A stretch of DNA of 64,000 nt from Candidatus Gottesmanbacteria bacterium (GTDB taxonomy: Bacteria; Patescibacteriota; Microgenomatia; UBA10105; UBA927), in contig CAWBPL010000002.1 of the NCBI GenBank assembly GCA_963790805.1, positions 64,696 to 128,695 of the forward strand. Direction: 5' to 3'. A model generated the notes under the pieces. It worked only from the letters and a program-made list of their open reading frames with translations. It was not told where the DNA came from and did no database searches. Both the position numbers and the translations under genes were made by a program. Below are positions 63,654 through 64,000 of this stretch, piece after piece (position 1 is the stretch's first letter; each line of letters begins with the position of its first letter).

Positions 63654-64000
63654 TTACCGCAAGCTGGTAAGTCGAAGCATTTTTGAAGATTCGTCGTGCC
63701 AATCCTTCGTTTCGCGGCTGATATCCCCTTCACGCAACAATATAGATGTCTTAAGATAATATGCGGCGTATGCTGCTTTCGTAAGTATTGCTAAAGCATC
63801 ACGTTCGTATTGGCTAAGGTTATGGACCGGCATATAAAGCGCTATCACCTTATTGATGATCTCCTCTCTCTTACTCCACGTATCCTCCCCTAAACAGAAC
63901 CACGCAAAAAACGTCGAAAGCTCAATCACCTTGGGGCCATTCGCCGCACATCCGAAATCCAAAAGACAATATTCTCCTTTGGTATTTTTAAGTACGTGCT
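63654..64000 (-). CDS. phosphotransferase (APH/choline-kinase-like protein kinase fold), C-terminal part; gene continues beyond the right window edge
   Basis: The frame stays open to the window end (manual translation ...HVLKNTKGEYCLLDFGCAANGP...). LLDFG is the kinase DFG-like metal-binding motif. The track lists only the TTG-initiated tail. Confidence 0.6.
   Translation of the reverse strand, partial: HVLKNTKGEYCLLDFGCAANGPKVIELSTFFAWFCLGEDTWSKREEIINKVIALYMPVHNLSQYERDALAILTKAAYAAYYLKTSILLREGDISRETKDWHDESSKMLRLTSLR

Noticed and set aside
1-64000. Possibility of an alternative genetic code (UGA recoded, as in some CPR lineages)
   Set aside because: Conserved genes are full length under code 11, and several end at TGA exactly where homologs end (map stop at 47769, the AI-2E transporter at 31411). 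No conserved gene is interrupted by an in-frame TGA.
1-64000. Search for mobile elements, prophage, integrases, toxin-antitoxin pairs of known families, and restriction-modification or CRISPR-Cas defence genes
   Set aside because: None were recognised. The only island-like locus is 18.1-21.1 kb, and it lacks flanking repeats, a tRNA attachment site or recombinase genes.

Overview
This 64-kb window comes from a compact bacterial genome that uses the standard genetic code; TGA terminates conserved genes such as map and the AI-2E transporter. The organisation fits a Candidate Phyla Radiation/Patescibacteria-type organism, which is an inference. The supporting signs are very short intergenic spacers, many small membrane-anchored hypothetical proteins, and one co-directional translation supercluster on the minus strand (fusA-tuf-S10-spc-alpha-rplM/rpsI, 43.5-63.6 kb) that leaves no room for L30. 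I annotate about 80 CDS. Three are absent from the supplied ORF track: an ABC-3 permease truncated at the left edge, L36, and a 46-aa zinc-ribbon protein. A kinase-fold gene is truncated at the right edge. The window also holds one tRNA-Pro(GGG) with no encoded CCA, an RNase P RNA, and several promoter and terminator candidates read by eye. I saw no rRNA, CRISPR array, transposase, integrase or prophage genes. The most unusual locus is a small island at 18.1-21.1 kb. It has a strong promoter, a roughly 145-nt structured leader whose terminator hairpin sequesters the Shine-Dalgarno sequence, and a 91-aa orphan ORF. These are followed by a leaderless 768-aa protein that appears to fuse a RelA/SpoT-like pyrophosphokinase fold, a phosphoribosyltransferase-like domain and a Nudix hydrolase, an architecture I do not recognise from characterised systems. 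Other notable items: a three-gene operon (14.3-18.1 kb) with a GCS2-type carboxylate-amine ligase, an NSAR/OSBS-type enolase-superfamily racemase and an M20 amidohydrolase; an AspRS without the GAD insertion fused to a YbaK/ProX-like deacylase domain; a MutY-like glycosylase with no Fe-S cluster cysteines; promoter plus terminator-like leaders directly abutting the rplC and infA start codons; and a recurrent leaderless-mRNA signature. All domain calls come from motif recognition by eye, with no database search. Coordinates of non-coding features may be off by 1-2 nt.
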